This document shows positions 19,321-29,863 of a stretch of 64,000 nt of DNA, piece after piece. The notes below the pieces were generated by a model. That model was not told where the DNA came from. It ran no database searches and saw only the letters and a program-made list of their open reading frames with translations. The stretch's first letter is position 1; each line of letters opens with the position of its first letter. Source of the DNA: an uncultured delta proteobacterium (lineage in GTDB: Bacteria > Desulfobacterota > Binatia > UBA9968); NCBI GenBank assembly GCA_963760795.1, contig CAVXEP010000002.1, positions 1 to 64,000 of the forward strand, read 5' to 3'. The translations under genes were made by a program, and so were the position numbers.

Positions 19321-19381
19321 AGTTGGAGCGACTATCGGTCGCCCCAACTGCTTTGCGTATTTTTTGCGTTCTTTGCGGCTA
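19321..19381. repeat. REP-like palindrome followed by a TTTGCG 9-mer array
   Basis: AGTTGGAGCGAC-TATCG-GTCGCCCCAACT, then TTTGCGTATTTTTTGCGTTCTTTGCGGC. Confidence 0.65.
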
Positions 19382-19393
19382 ATTCTTCTCCCC

Positions 19394-21110
19394 CTACGCC
19401 GCCGCCTGCAACGCCGCGCCGTTGCCGCCGCCGAGCACGGTTCCCGGCAGCGCGCCCGTGTGACTTTCCTTCTCCACCAGCACCTGGCCGTTAACGACGG
19501 TCATCTCGATGCCGACGGCTTTCTGAATAAAGCGCTTCTCATTGCCCGGCAAGATCTTGCACCATCTCGGCATCGCACTCCCGGACGGTTGCCGGATCGA
19601 AGACACATAGATCCGCCGCCATGCCGCGGCGCAATAAACCGCGATCCGGCAGGCCGAAGATCGACGCGACCATGAAGGTCAACTTGCGCACGGCTTCTTC
19701 CACCGTCATGATTTGTTTCTCGCGCACCCAGTAGCCCAACAGCCGCGTCGCGTAGCCGAAGCCGGCGTCATAGATCAAATGCGCGCCGGCGTCGGACTGG
19801 CCGACCAGCACGTAGGGGCTCTTGATGATCTCCGCCACCGCCTTCTCGTCGCCGTTGGTGCTCGAGGTTTGAAACTCGGTGTCCAAACCTTCTTCCAAAG
19901 ATAAATCGAGAAAAGCGTCGATGATGTCTTGATTGCGAATCTTGGCGATCTCCACGACGCTCTTTTTCTCCAGATGCTTGTTTTCCGGTTTGACGGCGTT
20001 GATTAAGTAAACCAGGTCCCAGCGCCGCGAGAAGCGCGACGACTTGGTTTCTTCCACCGCTTCGTAGCGCATCTTCTTGCGCGTCTCGGGATCCTTGATC
20101 GCCTTGATGCGCTCTTCCAACGGCAGGAACAGAATCGTCTTCCAGGTCGGCAGATCGTCGAACACTTGAGCAGTCTTCATAGTCAGCCGGTTGTTGAACA
20201 AGCGCGCGTTGCACAGCGGATAGGACTGCACGCCGCGGTCGATGGTCTCGCCGGCCAGGTCTAACAGCTCGCGCCATTCGTTGGGCTTGTCCCAGCGGTG
20301 AGTGATGCTCTGCCAGATCACCGGCCGACCGGAGCGGCTGGAAATTTCCTCGAACAACTTCACGCTCTCGCGCATCGGCACCGAGACGCCGAGCGAACCG
20401 CGGGAAATCTGCACAGCGCCTTGATTGATCTCGCCGAGCGCGCAGGCCAGTTCGATAATTTCTTCGTCGGTGGCAAAGCGGCTCTGGATCGGCGTGCCGT
20501 CGGCGTACATATGCACGGGATTTTGATTGGTCGAGAAACCGGCGGCGCCGGCGCGCACGCTGGCTTTGAGCACTTCTTTCATCTGTTGGATTTCCGCCGG
20601 CGTGGCGGCGCGTTCGAGGGAAGCTTCGCCCATGACATACTGGCGCAGCGCGCAGTGACCTACCAATGATGCGACATTGACGCCGAGGTTGCCGCGCATG
20701 GCATCGAGATATTGTCCGAAGGTGGTAAAACCCCACTTCACTCCGGCCTTCAAAGCCGGCAGCGTGATCGCTTCGACGCGCTCGAAACTTCGCAAGATCG
20801 TGTCGCGATCCGGTTCTTTGCACGGCGCCAACGACAAGCCGCAGTTACCGGGGATGACTGTGGTCACGCCGTGATAGCAAGAAGATGTCGCCAGCGGGTC
20901 CCACAACAGCTGGGCATCGAGATGGGTATGAAAGTCGATGAAGCCCGGCGACACCGCCAGCCCGTCGGCGTTCACCACTCGCTTGGCGCTGCCGTTGATC
21001 CGTCCCATCTCAACGATCTTGCCATCCTGCACCGCCACGTCGCCCAGATAAGACGGCAGCCCGCTGCCGTCATAAATCCGCCCGCCTTTGAGCAAAATAT
21101 CGTAAGCCAT
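19394..21110 (-). CDS. N-acyl-D-amino-acid deacylase-like amidohydrolase, frameshift near 19550
   Basis: GGRIYDGSG, PGFIDFHTHLD, GNCG, SDAGAH, ADLCVFD, C-terminal VVNGQV. Confidence 0.9.
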
Positions 21111-21145
21111 GAATTACCCTCCTTGGGTTGCCGGCAATTTTTCTG

Positions 21146-21175
21146 AGCTTACCGAGACTATGGCGTAGCTGTCAA
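21146..21175 (-). promoter_or_regulatory. Possible sigma70 promoter of the amidohydrolase
   Basis: TTGACA-18 bp-TAAGCT on the minus strand. Confidence 0.35.
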
Positions 21176-21285
21176 CCATTTCTAACGACACAAAATATTG
21201 CGTCGTTCAGAGAATTCCACTAGTCTCGGCAACTAACAGCGGACAGCTTGGGGAAAAGGCTTAGGAATGCGTCGAGCGCCTCATG

Positions 21286-21360
21286 CTTCGACCAGCTCGG
21301 CAGAACGGAAAATCATCGTGCCATCAGACTCCCTGCCGTTCGTCCTGAGCCGTGTCGAAG
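21286..21360. repeat. Inverted repeat of the CTTCGAC..CTC / GAG..GTCGAAG family
   Basis: CTTCGACCAGCTCGGCAGAACGG ... CCGTTCGTCCTGAGCCGTGTCGAAG; related half-sites near 30361-30380 and 57659-57679. Confidence 0.7.
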
Positions 21361-21416
21361 GACTCCGAGAGGGTTTTCAGCAACCTACGAACGCACCGAA
21401 CTAACAAAGACTGGAA

Positions 21417-22473
21417 ATGCCAATGCAACTTTTCGCCGTAATTTTATTTTTGATTTCGCTTGCCAGCGCCCCCGCGTGGAGCCAAACCGCCAAAACCGCC
21501 GCCGAGCTGGGTAGCTACACCGGCGCCGACCGCGAAAAGATCTTATTCGAAGGCGCCAAGCGCGAGGGCAAACTGGTTTGGTACACCACGTTGGCGACCG
21601 ACCAGAACAAACAGATCGCCGCCGCCTTCGAGAAAAAATATCCCGGCGTCAGCGTCGACACGTTTCGCACCGGCTCGAGCGCCCTGGCGCAGCGGCTGCT
21701 GACGGAAGCCAAAGCGCGCCGCTACATCGCCGACGCCATCGAGACCACGCCGCCGGGACTTGATGACGTTCCGCGACAGCCAGTTGCTCCTGCCCTACAC
21801 GTCGCCGCATCTGGGCGCGTTTCCCGAGGACGCCAAGGAGCGGGCGTCCAAGACGCTGGTCTATTGGACCACCGTGCGCGAATCCTACGTCGGTCTGTCC
21901 TACAACAAGCGCAACGTCAACAGCGCCGATGTGCCGAAAAACTTTGACGGCCTGATGCGCCCGGCGCTGAAAGACAATATGGGCATCGCCGGCGAAGACA
22001 CCGGCGCGCGCATGATCGGCGCCATGGTCAAAGTCAAAGGCGAAGCCTGGGTGCGCAAGCTGAAGGAACAAAACATGCGCATCCACATGATGGCCGGCAG
22101 CGCGCTCACTCAACTGGTCGCCGCCGGCGAGATCTACGCGTCGCCGAGTCAGTTCTACAGCGCCACCAACGTCGCCGCCAAGCGCGGCGCGCCGGTGGCG
22201 TGGGTGCCCATGGATCTGGTGGTCGCCAGCGCCGGCGGCGCCGCCGTGTCAGTCAACGCGCCGCGGCCCCACGCCGCGCTGCTGTTCACCGATTTCCTCA
22301 TGAGCCCGGACGGCCAGAAACTCTACGAAGATTTATTCTTCGGCGTTGCCCAGAAAGATTACGGCTGGAAACGCTGGTATCCGGAAAAAGCCGGCACCCT
22401 GGCGCAATACGAAGAAGCGCTTGACGGCTGGCACAGACTGATGAAGGAAATCACCCGGAAGGGCAGCGGATAA
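21417..22473 (+). CDS. ABC-type extracellular solute-binding protein (AfuA/FbpA-like fold), frameshift near 21760
   Basis: Signal peptide; AKREGKLVWYT, AFEKKYPG, LVAAGE, GAPVAWV, APRPHAALLFTDF. Confidence 0.85.
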
Positions 22474-22485
22474 AGCGCGTTTAGT

Positions 22486-22635
22486 CGTTCAAACGTTCAA
22501 GCCGTTCAAATCGTTGTCGCGAAGAAGATTCGGAACCGAAAATTTGCAAGATCGTAGCCCGCATGCAGCGGGAGCGGAATCCGGGACTCTTGATTTGAGA
22601 ATTTGACGCTTTGATCGGCTTGAACTATTTGAGCG
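22486..22635. repeat. GTTCAA/TTGAAC 9-mer inverted arrays enclosing a GTAG-type REP
   Basis: GTTCAAACGTTCAAGCCGTTCAA ... GTAGCCCGCATGCAGCGGGAGCGGAATCCGGG ... TTGATCGGCTTGAACTATTTTGAGC, between convergent genes. Confidence 0.7.
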
Positions 22636-22647
22636 GTCCCTTCCGGA

Positions 22648-25600
22648 TCACGACAGCAGCAGTTCCAGATCATCCCGCGTCAGATTGCGCATCACGCTGT
22701 TGTCGGCGGTAATAATCGCGTCGGCCAGGTCGCGTTTGGATTTTTGTAATTCCAAAACTTTTTCTTCCACCGTGTCGCGGGCGATCAGGCGATAGGCGAA
22801 CACCTTGCGCGTCTGGCCGATGCGGTGGGCGCGGTCGATGGCTTGGGCTTCGACGGCGGGGTTCCACCAGGGATCGAGCAGATAGACATACTCGGCGGCG
22901 TGCAGGTTCAAGCCCAGGCCGCCGGCTTTCAAGCTGATCAGAAACAATTTGGCGTTGGGATCGTTTTGAAACTCCTCGACCCTGGCTTGGCGGTCGCGGG
23001 TGCGGCCGTCGAGATAGACGTAGGGAATGTTTTGCTTATCCAGGCGGCTGCGCACGATCGCCAGCAGGCTGGTGAATTGCGAGAACACCAGCGCCTTGTG
23101 ATTTTCCTCGAGCACCTGATCGAGCTGCGCCAACAGGGTATCGACCTTGGCGCTCGGCTCGGCGATTTTTCTCTTGTCGATCAAGCCCGGATGGCAAGCC
23201 GCTTGGCGCAGCCGCAGGAGCGCTTCGAGCACTTGGATTTTGTACTGCCCCGAGTTTTCGCCGGTGCCGTTCTGCAAAAGCCGCGCCCGGTAGTAGTCGC
23301 GCAGCTCGTCGTAGAGCTTCTTGTCGTTGCCTTCGAGGTCGCAATAGATCGTCTGCTCGGTTTTCTCCGGCAGCTCGGGGGCGACTTGCGCTTTGGTGCG
23401 GCGCAAAATGAACGGCCGCAGCGCCTTGCCCAGCACTTGGCGCGTGCTCTCGTCGGGATTCTTGCCGGCGCGGCCGAACACCGCCGCAGTGCCAAGCATG
23501 CCGGGATTGAGGAATTCAAAAAGGCTCCACAGCTCGCCCAGATGATTTTCCACCGGCGTGCCGCTCATCGCCAAACGGTGATCGGCCTTGAGCAAACGCA
23601 CCGCTTTGGCCGCCAGCGTGCTGGAGTTCTTGACCGCTTGCGCTTCGTCGAGGATGCAATAATCGAAACGAATATTTTTGAATTGCACGGCGTCGCTGCG
23701 CAGCGTGCCGTAGGTCGTCAAAACTACGTCATAGTTATCAAAATGATCGCCGGGTTTGAGCCGCGCGACGCCGGTGTGGTCGAGAATGCTCAGCTTGGGC
23801 GTGAAGCGCGCCGACTCCTGTTTCCAATGAAATATCAGCGAGCGCGGCACCACCACTAAGGCCGGCGGCGGCGAGTTTTCCGGGTCGTTGCGGCGCAGTT
23901 CCCGGCGCGCTTCGAGCAGCGCGAGGACCTGAATGGTTTTGCCCAAGCCCATGTCGTCGGCCAGGCAGCCGCCAAAACCGAAGCGCTGGAGAAAGTGCAG
24001 CCAGCCCAAACCTTCGAGCTGATAGTGGCGCAGTTCGCCATGAAACTCGCCGGCGGGCGCCACCGCCGCCACGCCGGAAAAATCGCGCAGCTCCCGGCGC
24101 ACTCGCTCGAACACCGCGTCGAAAGAGACCGCCGGTTCGCTCGCCAATAGCGCGTCGAGCAGGCCGGCTTGGGAGCGCTTGAAGCGCATGCCATCGCCTT
24201 CGAAAGTACCGAGACCGGCGAGCATGCCGTATTTCTTCATCCACTCTTCGGGAATGATGCCGAGCGAACCGTCGTCCAGTCGCACCGTCTGCTCGCCCTG
24301 CTTGATCGCCCGCAGCAAGCGCGGCAAGCCGACCCGGCTATCGCCGAACTCAGCGGCGCCGTCGACGCCGAACCAATCGACGCTGGAGTTGACCTGCATA
24401 GTGAGCCCACCGGCGGTGCGGTAAAGGCTGCCCTGGGCCTCGATATGCCAACTTTCGCCGGACAACACTCGCACCACTCGAGCGAGCTGGTCGGGCGCCA
24501 GCTGCAGGTCGGCGCGGTCGTATTCCCAGCCTTTGCGAAAGCCCAATTGCTTGAGCCGAGCGAACGCCTTATCCTCCGCGGTGAGATCGCGGGTCACCAA
24601 GCGGCGCCGCTCCTTCTGATAGAAGCCGCCGCCGCGATGCTGGTGCGGCACCACCGAGCCGTCATAGTCGAAGGACAGCTCCGCGGTGAGGCGCTCGCTG
24701 TTCCAATTGTTGTGTTTACCGGGTTTTAATAATAGCCGCGGCTGCGGCGCGCCGGCGACGGTTTCGAACTGCAATTCAGCCGGCAACTCCAAGCGCGGCC
24801 GATTGGGAATCGAGACCAGCTCGTCGAGAAAGACCTCGGCGTCTTCGACCGCGAAAGACAGCGCCGTCGGCACGCGTAAAACCGACACCCAGGCGAAAGC
24901 GCCGTGATCGTTCAGGCGCGTGATACGGCCATTGTAAAAAACTAAACCGCCGGCGAGCAGCAAGACCGGCTGCGCTAAATCCAACACTTCCTCGCCGCGG
25001 CGCAGCGAGCCGGCGAGCCGATAGCGCGCGCTGTCGGTTTCCCGCTCCACCGTCAGACAAAGCTCCCAAGCCGGACCGTCATCCCAGACGAGCGGCGTCG
25101 CATCGTCCAACTTCGGACTGCGCAACAGACACCGTCCAGTCTGGCACATTAGCGGCAGCGCCAGGTCCCACAAATTTTCCGGCACGGCGAACAACGACGG
25201 CGCGGAATCGTAGTAGGACGAATAGCTATAGCCCAAGTCCTGGCGCGCGCCGAACAGCATGGCGGTGATGCGCCGGTCCGCGGGATCGGTCAGGGCGTCG
25301 AGCTCACGCGAGTAGAGCCGTTGGCTTTTGAGCTTGCCCCATTCGCCGTTGTTCTTACGCTCGCGGCGGGCGACTTCGAGGGTCAATTTTTGCCGGCTCA
25401 GGGTGTAATCGGCATCGATCAGATAGAACAGTTGGCGCTCCGGCGCCGGCCGGTCGTTGAACGGCGACGGCGCCGGCGTCAAAGCGTGCCGCAGGGTTTG
25501 CAGCTGCTGCTTCCAATTCGGCTCCTGCGATTTTGCCGGACGCGTCCGGCGCGCCGCCGTGGCCGCCGGCTGATCACCGGCACTGCGGGCACTGCGATGG

Positions 25601-25899
25601 TCGTCGGAGTCGAGAATCTTCTTCAGACAACCGCGCAACTCGGCCGCCATCGCGGTCGCCCAAACATGCTTGCAAGCGTTGAAATCGCTGGTGAAAAACG
25701 GGCAGGTACAAGAGTAGTCGATAAAGCCATCGGCGACCGTCAAATTCACTCGATAAACCTGCGACCCCTGCACTCTGGCGCTGACATTGCTATCGCCGGC
25801 GTCGAGCAGACGCACCGCGCCATGGGCAAAGTAGGTGCGCCCGCGCTTCTGCGTTATCGGCGCGGTCTCGCCATCGAGTTCGTCGGTCAGATATCCCAT
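22648..25899 (-). CDS. SWIM zinc finger plus SNF2-family helicase/ATPase
   Basis: CTCP..CKH SWIM motif; LRHYQ, LADDMGLGKT, DEAQ, SGTP.EN, ISLKAGGLGLNL, QAIDRAHRIGQ. Confidence 0.95.
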   Translation of the reverse strand: MGYLTDELDGETAPITQKRGRTYFAHGAVRLLDAGDSNVSARVQGSQVYRVNLTVADGFIDYSCTCPFFTSDFNACKHVWATAMAAELRGCLKKILDSDDHRSARSAGDQPAATAARRTRPAKSQEPNWKQQLQTLRHALTPAPSPFNDRPAPERQLFYLIDADYTLSRQKLTLEVARRERKNNGEWGKLKSQRLYSRELDALTDPADRRITAMLFGARQDLGYSYSSYYDSAPSLFAVPENLWDLALPLMCQTGRCLLRSPKLDDATPLVWDDGPAWELCLTVERETDSARYRLAGSLRRGEEVLDLAQPVLLLAGGLVFYNGRITRLNDHGAFAWVSVLRVPTALSFAVEDAEVFLDELVSIPNRPRLELPAELQFETVAGAPQPRLLLKPGKHNNWNSERLTAELSFDYDGSVVPHQHRGGGFYQKERRRLVTRDLTAEDKAFARLKQLGFRKGWEYDRADLQLAPDQLARVVRVLSGESWHIEAQGSLYRTAGGLTMQVNSSVDWFGVDGAAEFGDSRVGLPRLLRAIKQGEQTVRLDDGSLGIIPEEWMKKYGMLAGLGTFEGDGMRFKRSQAGLLDALLASEPAVSFDAVFERVRRELRDFSGVAAVAPAGEFHGELRHYQLEGLGWLHFLQRFGFGGCLADDMGLGKTIQVLALLEARRELRRNDPENSPPPALVVVPRSLIFHWKQESARFTPKLSILDHTGVARLKPGDHFDNYDVVLTTYGTLRSDAVQFKNIRFDYCILDEAQAVKNSSTLAAKAVRLLKADHRLAMSGTPVENHLGELWSLFEFLNPGMLGTAAVFGRAGKNPDESTRQVLGKALRPFILRRTKAQVAPELPEKTEQTIYCDLEGNDKKLYDELRDYYRARLLQNGTGENSGQYKIQVLEALLRLRQAACHPGLIDKRKIAEPSAKVDTLLAQLDQVLEENHKALVFSQFTSLLAIVRSRLDKQNIPYVYLDGRTRDRQARVEEFQNDPNAKLFLISLKAGGLGLNLHAAEYVYLLDPWWNPAVEAQAIDRAHRIGQTRKVFAYRLIARDTVEEKVLELQKSKRDLADAIITADNSVMRNLTRDDLELLLS

Positions 25900-26102
25900 T
25901 TCAAACTAACAAGGGTAACGTACGCATCGAAAGAAGTCTATGTTTGATGGTGCGAAACCAATGTCTGGCGGCATATTTGGCTTAAAGAGCTCTAGCTGCC
26001 AAGGGAAAGAGACTGTTTCGCCACGAAGTGGTTCATGGTCTTATGCTTGTCTACAGAATATGAAAATGGCTGGGATTCCCTCCATACGCGGTCTGCTTGA
26101 CG

Positions 26103-26180
26103 CGTCATTCCCGCGCACGCGGGAATCCAGGTTTGGTCTGCGCCCAATTAGCCTGGATACCCGCTTGCGCGGGTATGACG
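26103..26180. repeat. Nested inverted repeat with a dRS3-like ATTCCC-N8-GGGAAT core
   Basis: CGTCATTCCCGCGCACGCGGGAATCCAGG / CCTGGATACCCGCTTGCGCGGGTATGACG; 29-bp arms with 3 mismatches. Confidence 0.85.
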
Positions 26181-26236
26181 GAGTCCCGCAGGCTCTTCGT
26201 TGTGCATATCATCCCCTCACATCTATTTTCTAAGGA

Positions 26237-26308
26237 GGCACGAAGGACGCGAAGGGTTAAGCTAATCAATGCTCCGAACTTCGTGGTCTTCGTGTGCTTC
26301 GTGGTGAG
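26237..26308. repeat. CACGAAG/CTTCGTG 9-mer hairpin element
   Basis: Reverse complement aligns with 40320-40400, including the interior. Confidence 0.8.
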
Positions 26309-26411
26309 ATCCGCTCGTCCCATCATGTCGTCGTAGTCGAATACCGACTTTCAATTGACAACTCGGCGTAGCGCGTGCGACAAAATCTCTGAACAATTTC
26401 GTGGAGGCAGC

Positions 26412-27446
26412 ATGAAAATCAACACAACGCGGATCATCGACGCCGACGGCCATGTGCGCGAGACCGACGAGGAAATTATCGAGTATATGTCCGCCGGCTA
26501 CCGCAACCGGCGCGACGCCATGCTGTATTTCCCGCTGACGCCGCATCATGGCTGGCATCGTTCGATACCCGCCAACGACTTTCGCCCGTCGGACTTCCGC
26601 GTGCCCGATTGGCGCGAGTGGGTCGACAAGCTCGATGAAGGTCGATTCGAATTGACCGTGCTCTATCCGACCCGCTTCATGCATGTCGGCCAGATCGGCA
26701 ATCCGACCTACGCCGTCGAACTGTGCCGCGCCTACAACGATTATCTCAACGATCGTTTCTTGATTCACGACCGGCGCTTCCGCGGCATGGCGTTGTTACC
26801 GATGCAGGAGCCAAAGGCTGCGGTCAAGGAATTGCGCCGGGCGGTGAAACGCTATGGCATGGTCGGCGGCATCCTCCCCGCCGATGGCTTGCAGCTGCCC
26901 CTCGGCCACAAGCAATACTGGCCGGTCTACGAAGAGGCCGACCGGCTCGGCTGCACGCTGGCGGTGCACTCCTGCAACTCGTTGCGCGACAACGACCGTT
27001 ATCTGGTGCCCAATGAAGCGGCGACGTTGACCCATGTCATCCCGCAGATGCGCCAGTTCACCAACATCATGTTTTCCGGCGTGATGAATAAGCTGAAAAA
27101 GCTGCGCCTCGGCTTTCTCGAAGCCGGCAGCGGCTGGACGCCCTACTTGATCGGCAAGATCGAAGAGCGCCTCGAACGGGTCGCGCCGGCCGAGCGGCCG
27201 GTGTTGCCGAGCGAACTGTTGGCGCGCAAGCAACTTTATTTTCAATGCGGCGAGGAAGTGACGACCAAACGCGATGTCGAGCTGCTCGGCGACGACTGCC
27301 TGCTCTGGGCTTCCGATTTCCCCCACGAAGCGACCCGCACCGACATGAAAAAGCTGGTGAAAGAACACTTCGCGCGCAAAGACCTGAGCCCGGCGGCGAA
27401 AAAGAAAATCATCTACGACAACGCCAAACGGTTCTACAACCTCTAA
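26412..27446 (+). CDS. Amidohydrolase_2 family protein
   Basis: IIDADGHV, VLYPT, CRAYND, FLEAG..W, WASDFPH, DNAKRFY. Confidence 0.9.
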   Translation: MKINTTRIIDADGHVRETDEEIIEYMSAGYRNRRDAMLYFPLTPHHGWHRSIPANDFRPSDFRVPDWREWVDKLDEGRFELTVLYPTRFMHVGQIGNPTYAVELCRAYNDYLNDRFLIHDRRFRGMALLPMQEPKAAVKELRRAVKRYGMVGGILPADGLQLPLGHKQYWPVYEEADRLGCTLAVHSCNSLRDNDRYLVPNEAATLTHVIPQMRQFTNIMFSGVMNKLKKLRLGFLEAGSGWTPYLIGKIEERLERVAPAERPVLPSELLARKQLYFQCGEEVTTKRDVELLGDDCLLWASDFPHEATRTDMKKLVKEHFARKDLSPAAKKKIIYDNAKRFYNL

Positions 27447-27450
27447 AACT

Positions 27451-27587
27451 CGTTCAAAACGTTCAATCGCTGCGCTCAGTTCAACCGCTTCGCTCAGTTC
27501 AATCCCCCACCTCTTTCCTCCCCCGCGACGCGGGGGAGGATGAAGGAGGGGGTTTGAACGGCTTGAACGTTTTGAACGATTTGAACG
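27451..27587. repeat. GTTCAA/TTGAAC arrays enclosing a strong GC hairpin; possible bidirectional terminator
   Basis: TCCTCCCCCGC-GAC-GCGGGGGAGGA, then TTGAACGGC TTGAACGTT TTGAACGAT TTGAAC; fills the gap between convergent genes. Confidence 0.8.
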
Positions 27588-27589
27588 CG

Positions 27590-28588
27590 CTACGGCTGTA
27601 GCGCCTTGATAAATCCGCTCTGCTCGATCTCGCGCACCAGCCGGCCATCGGCGAACTCCTCCGGCTTGGCTCCCTTGGCCTTGGGATTCAGTTTCTCCAA
27701 CTCTTGGATCAAGCTCGCTACGCCGGCCATTGAAGGATGAGGCGGTATCGCGAAATTGGTCCGGACAGTCGTGTCATAGCTTTCTTCCAAAATCTCTTTG
27801 TCGTCCGTGCGAAAATATTTGCCCATGACTTTAAACGCGAAGTTCTTGTCCTTCTGGGCGCGCGCCGCTCCTTCGATATACGCCCGGAGAAAACGCCGCA
27901 CCGTGTCCTCGTTGCTGCGCAAATATCGCCGCGTCGTCAGCACGCCGTTGATGTGATACTCGGCGTCCAGCTTGGTCATGTCGAAGAGCAGTTTGAATTT
28001 TAGTTTGCGCGCCTGAAGTGTCCCCGGCGGCGACAGGGAAGCGGCGGTGACCTTCCCCGCAGCCATTGCCGACAGACCCTCCGCCGGACCGCCGGTTTGG
28101 ACCATGGTCACGTCTCGGTCCGGCTCGACACCATGGGCGCGCAGAGCGATGCGCGAGGCGAGATCCGAAAGCGTGCCGAAGCGGGTGACGCCGAAGACCT
28201 TGCCCTTGAGGTCTTCCATCCGGTTGATGCCCGGCACGGCGTAAACCCAGAAGAGAAATTTCTTGACGATGGTCGCGATGATCACGGTATCGGCGCCGGC
28301 GAGGTTGGCCTGGATCGAGGCGGCGCCGCCTAGCTGGATGATCGGCAGTTCCCCGGAGAGCATCGCCTGGAGCGCCAGCGAGCTGCCCGGGATGCTGATC
28401 GCCTCGACGTTGAGGCCATGCTTATCATAAAAGTTACCCTCCTTGGCGAACCAGAGCGACATCTGCGTCGACGACGCAGATCCGCCGCCGATGCGCAGCC
28501 TTTCGAGCTTCTTATCTTGGGCCTCGGCACCAGCCGCCAGAAACATCCAGGCCGAGATAACCCCGCACGCGATCAACCCTCGATTCAT
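27590..28588 (-). CDS. ABC substrate-binding protein, NMT1/SsuA-like
   Basis: Signal peptide; AKEGNFYDKHGLNVE, DLKGKVFGV. Confidence 0.85.
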   Translation of the reverse strand: MNRGLIACGVISAWMFLAAGAEAQDKKLERLRIGGGSASSTQMSLWFAKEGNFYDKHGLNVEAISIPGSSLALQAMLSGELPIIQLGGAASIQANLAGADTVIIATIVKKFLFWVYAVPGINRMEDLKGKVFGVTRFGTLSDLASRIALRAHGVEPDRDVTMVQTGGPAEGLSAMAAGKVTAASLSPPGTLQARKLKFKLLFDMTKLDAEYHINGVLTTRRYLRSNEDTVRRFLRAYIEGAARAQKDKNFAFKVMGKYFRTDDKEILEESYDTTVRTNFAIPPHPSMAGVASLIQELEKLNPKAKGAKPEEFADGRLVREIEQSGFIKALQP

Positions 28589-28986
28589 GGCTCGCCCTCC
28601 TTACCGCCGATTTCATAGAAACCGCCATCCTTGGCGCGCTCCGCAACCGTCCGCTTGCGCCACAGCGACCATGGGAAAGGCAGCGGCAGAGTGCCGCACC
28701 AGCCCTGGCTGCGCGCTTGGTTTTGCGCCAGCAGCTTTTCATAAAGTCTGACAAACTGCTCGACTTCGTACTCGGTGCGGCTCGCGACCACTTGCCCGGA
28801 AGTCTTGTTGACGATCACCAGCCGCGGCAGGGTCGCGCCGGTTGCGGCATCGCCTCCGCTCACTTGAAAAACCCAACCGAAAGCGCGCTCCGCGCCGGGC
28901 CACTCGACGACTGATAGTTCGGTGGACGCAGCGCCGGAACTTAGGCGCGCCAGAATCAACTCCTTGGCTTGTAGCCTGGTTAGCAT
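28585..28986 (-). CDS. Hypothetical protein with weak YrhB/Imm35-like resemblance
   Basis: ERAFGWVF...IVNKTSGQV...EQFVRLYE; stop codon overlaps the next start. Confidence 0.45.
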   Translation of the reverse strand: MLTRLQAKELILARLSSGAASTELSVVEWPGAERAFGWVFQVSGGDAATGATLPRLVIVNKTSGQVVASRTEYEVEQFVRLYEKLLAQNQARSQGWCGTLPLPFPWSLWRKRTVAERAKDGGFYEIGGKEGEP

Positions 28987-29029
28987 GGTACTTTTACGTT
29001 CACGAACTCCGCGTAGGATGACGCCAACT

Positions 29030-29863
29030 TCACCGATCGCCGGCAAGAAAGTCGCTCACTAGCCGGTTGAAACGATCGGCTTGATCCCACTGCACCCAGT
29101 GGGCGCACTGGTCGAACAAGTGAAACTCCGCGTTGGCAATCAGTTGAAACAGCAACAGGCCGCGTTCGACTGAAACACCGCGGTCTTGGTTGCCCCACAA
29201 AAGCAGCGTCTTGGTTTTGAGCTTGGGCAGTTCTTCGGTGAGCGAACGGGGCGGTTTGACGCCTTGGCGCGCTTGCGCCGCGGCGTGATTCTTGCCGATG
29301 CTCATCTCATAACGCGCTCGCACCAACTCCTCGGTGACCAGCTCTTTGCGGTGCAGCGTGCCCAGCGTCAGCGCGCGCATATTTTCCAGACTCGGAACAT
29401 ACTCGCGCAGCTCTTCGGAATGTTTCTGCCCCAAGGCTTGGGACTGCGCCGAACCTTTCGGCGCCAAGGTGCCGCTAGTCGTCGTGACGAACCTGCCGAC
29501 GCGAGCATCTTCGAGGGCCAAGCGAGCGGCGATATAACCGCCGACGGAGTTGCCGATGACGTGGTAACGATCGAGTTTCAAGGCGTCGACGAACGCCTTG
29601 GCGTGGGTGACGCGATATTCGATGGACAGGTCGGCTGGATTGTCACTGCGGCCATACCCCGCTTGATCGTAGGCGTAGACGGTGAATCCGGCGGCGGCCA
29701 GCGGTTCAATATTCAACTGCCAATTGACCTGGGCCGATGCGCCCGGCGCCGCGCCATGAAACAACACCACGGGAAAGCCGTTGCCGGCTTTAACGTAGAA
29801 TGTTTTCAGCCCGTCGGCATCGATGTAAGCTTCCACGCTATTTGCCAATGCCGGCTTCGGCAT
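29030..29863 (-). CDS. Alpha/beta hydrolase, meta-cleavage-product hydrolase-like (MhpC/BphD type)
   Basis: HGAAPGAS..NW, GNSVGG, LLWGNQDR, CAHWVQWDQ; start codon uncertain. Confidence 0.8.
   Translation of the reverse strand: MPKPALANSVEAYIDADGLKTFYVKAGNGFPVVLFHGAAPGASAQVNWQLNIEPLAAAGFTVYAYDQAGYGRSDNPADLSIEYRVTHAKAFVDALKLDRYHVIGNSVGGYIAARLALEDARVGRFVTTTSGTLAPKGSAQSQALGQKHSEELREYVPSLENMRALTLGTLHRKELVTEELVRARYEMSIGKNHAAAQARQGVKPPRSLTEELPKLKTKTLLLWGNQDRGVSVERGLLLFQLIANAEFHLFDQCAHWVQWDQADRFNRLVSDFLAGDR

Noticed and set aside
22648-25899. SWIM-SNF2 helicase as part of a defence system
   Set aside because: It stands alone with no methylase, nuclease or other defence partner; this architecture is widespread in bacteria.
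27451-27587. TTGAAC/GTTCAA arrays as CRISPR repeats
   Set aside because: The units are 9 bp with 3-bp linkers, there are no 25-45 bp spacers, and no cas genes are present.
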